Program-made: the position numbers and the translations under genes
Shown: piece by piece, positions 61,899 through 64,000 of the stretch
Layout: each line of letters starts with the position of its first letter
How positions within the stretch are numbered: position 1 is the first letter of the stretch
Notes under the pieces: generated by a model
The model's database searches: none
The model's input: the letters and a program-made list of their open reading frames with translations, nothing else
What the model was told of the DNA's origin: nothing
Origin: Clostridia bacterium
GTDB lineage: Bacteria > Bacillota > Clostridia > UMGS1810
Reading direction: 5' to 3'
Assembly (NCBI GenBank): GCA_017502845.1
Contig: JAFVUE010000003.1
Coordinates: 52,025 to 116,024, forward strand
DNA: 64,000 nt

Positions 61899-62588
61899 TC
61901 ACTTAATTGTTGGCTCTACCTCAATCATATCCCCAAGGGGAAGATCGTCGGGCAGGTCGAATTCGCCGAATTTTACTCGTTTCAAGTATGTTACTGTTTT
62001 GCCGACGGCTTTGAACATCAGTTTTACCTGATGAAATTTTCCTTCACAGATTCTCACAAGGGCAGAGGGCTCTTCTTCGTGAAGTAGTGTGAGTTCCGCC
62101 TCTTTGCAGGTGTAACCACCCTCTATGGTTATGCCCTCTGCAAAGCGTTTAATATCGTCTTCTGTGGCAAGTGCATCCAGCTTGGCATAATATGTTTTGT
62201 ATACGTGCTTTTTGGGGGATAACATATTGTGTGCGTATGCCCCGTCATTTGTAAGGATGAGAAGTCCCTCTGTGTCAATATCAAGCCGTCCCACAGGGAA
62301 CAGATTAAAATGGCTGTATTCTTCGGGCACGAGGTCTATAACCGTTGGGTATTTGAAATCCTCGGTAGCACTTATGTACCCTGCAGGTTTGTTAAGCATA
62401 AGGTAGATAAATTCCCTGTATATAACAGGTTCGCCGTTTACGCATACCGTGTCAGCATTTTCGTTAATCTGCATATCGCTTTTACGGGCAATCTCGCCGT
62501 TTACAGTAACAACTCCGGATTTTACCATTGTTTTAATATCTTTTCTGCTTCCCACACCGCTGTTGCCGAGAAGTTTGTCAAGCCGCAT
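61899..62588 (-). CDS. rsuA: Pseudouridine synthase, RsuA/RluB family (S4 domain plus catalytic GRLDxxTxGL)
   Basis: MRLDKLLGNSGVGSRKDIKTMVKSGVVTVNG and VGRLDIDTEGLLILTNDG; start at ATG 62588. Confidence 0.85.
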   Translation of the reverse strand: MRLDKLLGNSGVGSRKDIKTMVKSGVVTVNGEIARKSDMQINENADTVCVNGEPVIYREFIYLMLNKPAGYISATEDFKYPTVIDLVPEEYSHFNLFPVGRLDIDTEGLLILTNDGAYAHNMLSPKKHVYKTYYAKLDALATEDDIKRFAEGITIEGGYTCKEAELTLLHEEEPSALVRICEGKFHQVKLMFKAVGKTVTYLKRVKFGEFDLPDDLPLGDMIEVEPTIK

Positions 62589-62647
62589 ACAATTCACCAC
62601 CTTGATATATTATACAATAGCGGAAAAGATTTTTCAATACGGTCATA

Positions 62648-62675
62648 TTGACAAAATCAAATATTGTGGTATACT
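62648..62675 (+). promoter_or_regulatory. Promoter of ssrA (TTGACA-16-TGgTATACT)
   Basis: TTGACA at 62648-62653 and TATACT at 62670-62675 with an extended TG; about 30 nt of precursor precede the mature 5' end. Confidence 0.6.
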
Positions 62676-62707
62676 TTATAATGCACTTGACAATAATTCA
62701 AATATCC

Positions 62708-63056
62708 GGGGGCGTAAAGGTTTCGACGGGGTATCTGAAACATTGGGTGCGGGCAGCGGCGGAGACCGCTTTACTAACTCCAAAACTTAAATATAAAAGC
62801 TAACAAAAATTTAGCATACGCTGCCTAATTTAGAGGCGGCCGTCCTCCCTGTGAGTACCGCGGCATAGGCAAGGGCGTCAGAGAGCGGTGAACGTGAACG
62901 ACATTCTTTAGTCCCGGAAGTCGGCACGGAGTAGGGACTGACCGGATTGATATGTTTTGTCTGTGTTCAGTCAATTCGGTTTTTTAACACAGACTACGCC
63001 CGTAGTACCCGGTGTGGACGGTGTTTCGGACGGGAGTTCGACTCTCCCCGCCTCCA
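62708..63056 (+). ncRNA. ssrA: tmRNA (SsrA), tag peptide ANKNLAYAA
   Basis: The 5' end GGGGGCGTAAAGGTTTCGACGGGG pairs with the 3' end ...GGACGGGAGTTCGACTCTCCCCGCCTCCA (G3-U wobble in the acceptor stem; CCA not encoded). The resume frame is GCT AAC AAA AAT TTA GCA TAC GCT GCC TAA. Confidence 0.95.
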
Positions 63057-63067
63057 TACACAAAGAA

Positions 63068-63092
63068 AGGCATCCGTAAGGGTGTCTTTTTT
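63068..63092 (+). terminator. Rho-independent terminator of ssrA
   Basis: Stem aggcatcc gtaa gggtgtct (two G-U pairs) followed by TTTTT. Confidence 0.7.
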
Positions 63093-63184
63093 GTGTATAT
63101 TAAGAACAGAGTCGAACTCCTGCCTCAGGCACGAGCGTTTAAGAAAAACAATCCGTGGATTGTTTTTTTGTGTATATTAAGAAC
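63087..63184 (+). repeat. 21-nt perfect direct repeat TTTTTTGTGTATATTAAGAAC (63087-63107 and 63164-63184) bracketing a 56-nt segment
   Basis: Read directly. The bracketed segment contains an inverted 13-nt copy of the tmRNA T-arm (63108-63120). Confidence 0.8.
63148..63169 (+). terminator. Second terminator-like hairpin with the same 3' flank as the first
   Basis: Stem caatc cgtg gattg followed by TTTTTTT. Confidence 0.5.
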
Positions 63185-63193
63185 CTTTGAATA

Positions 63194-63222
63194 TTGACAC
63201 AAGCACAAAAATGCAGTATTAT
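63194..63222 (+). promoter_or_regulatory. Candidate promoter of the PHP-domain gene (TTGACA-17-TATTAT)
   Basis: TTGACA at 63194-63199 and TATTAT at 63217-63222. Confidence 0.55.
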
Positions 63223-63246
63223 ATTAACATCACATTGACAGAGAGA

Positions 63247-64000
63247 GGGAGAGATTATGGGTTTCGTTTACTATCCGATGCACATGCACATTCACGCAGG
63301 ATGCGACTACGGTTCGTCTATGGCGCTTGATATGTACAATGCCCATCAGCTCGGTATGCGCTACATCTGGTTTACCGATCACGACACAAGAATGGGTATT
63401 ATGAAAAACCGTGTAGGCGGATTTTCCTTTGACACTCCCGACCTTATAAGAATGGATGTTGTGGGCAGATACGGGTTTGAACTCGTAAACGAAGATGTTA
63501 AATATTCCGTAGATACGGACAATAAATCCCTCACATTATATTCAAAAGAAAGTGCTGATGAATGGAACAGCACAGGGGTATATTTCGTTTCACGTGGAAC
63601 ACGCCACACAAGTGCACTTGCCTCCGAAATAACCCTTTCCGTCGACCTTAAAGAATTTACTCCCACGGCGGACAGCCGACTGATATTTGCTATAAAACTA
63701 TCCCAGCGTCCACCCGAGATGAAAAACGCCTATATGCTCTATGTGTTGGGCGACACAGAGGGGCTTGAGGGAGAACATATACAGGTGCTTAACATCGACG
63801 GATGCGGTAAGATTACAATGCCCATATCTGCAGATGTTTCCGAAAGGGACGATATTGGCGGTAAGGACAATGCCTTTGACACTATGTACATAATACTCCA
63901 GACACGAAATGATGCGGAAGCACACGCCGTAGTGGGCGATTTTGATATTCACAAAGAAAAAATTGCAGAAGAACTCCATATCGCACTCAAAGAAGTGGCA
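63247..64000 (+). CDS. PHP (polymerase/histidinol-phosphatase) domain protein, 5' part; runs off the window end
   Basis: Own translation from ATG 63247 (GGGAGAG RBS) gives MGFVYYPMHMHIHAGCDYGSSMALDMYNAHQLGMRYIWFTDHDTRMG... (HxH ... DHD metal-site pattern). The frame is open to 64000, so it is absent from the ORF track. Confidence 0.7.

Noticed and set aside
63100-63150. Possible minus-strand tRNA gene downstream of ssrA
   Set aside because: Only a 13-nt T-loop/T-stem match to tmRNA is present. The 3' half of the T-stem, the acceptor, D and anticodon arms cannot be formed. It is treated as a fragment.

Overview
64-kb chromosomal window from a low-GC Gram-positive bacterium. It looks like Clostridia (Oscillospiraceae/Ruminococcaceae-like) from gene content, SLH anchoring and repeat style, but the taxon is inference. 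41 of 45 genes are on the minus strand. The left ~40 kb is accessory. It holds a partial BspA-LRR surface protein and a ~17.8-kb seven-gene minus-strand operon: two SLH proteins, two tandem heparinase II/III-like lyases with CBM-like and F5/8-type-C domains, two LamG/Ig secreted proteins, and one cytoplasmic enzyme of an uncharacterised family. It also holds an LplABC-type sugar ABC importer without an ATPase, paired with a divergent membrane-sensor AraC regulator. Three paralogous (Ig-LamG)x2 secreted proteins follow, each a monocistronic cassette with the same terminator. Each cassette is bracketed by arrays of GTAGGG-anchored GC-rich hairpins (36 units in 7 arrays, REP/REPIN-like, none in the core half). 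One cassette terminator is split by a 208-bp MITE. A small core islet (tandem-AbrB regulator, yqeY, rpsU) sits between two cassettes. The right ~24 kb is core. It contains rpmG-secE-nusG-rplKAJL, with an L10 leader/attenuator, an L10 carrying an unusual acidic Ala/Glu/Pro tail, and no rpoBC downstream. It also contains citrate synthase, an operon of four tandem paralogs of the same uncharacterised cytoplasmic family next to an orphan MsmX-type ATPase, tex, a lipoprotein/membrane trio, an EF-G paralog with the catalytic His replaced, a VTC-DUF4956-P/Q-rich-CotH operon, and yczE-like/ECF-S/rsuA. At the right end are tmRNA (tag ANKNLAYAA) followed by a duplicated terminator flank and an inverted T-arm fragment, then a partial PHP-domain gene. 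No CRISPR, cas, integrase, transposase, rRNA or tRNA genes were seen. All domain calls come from motif recognition by eye; no database search was run.
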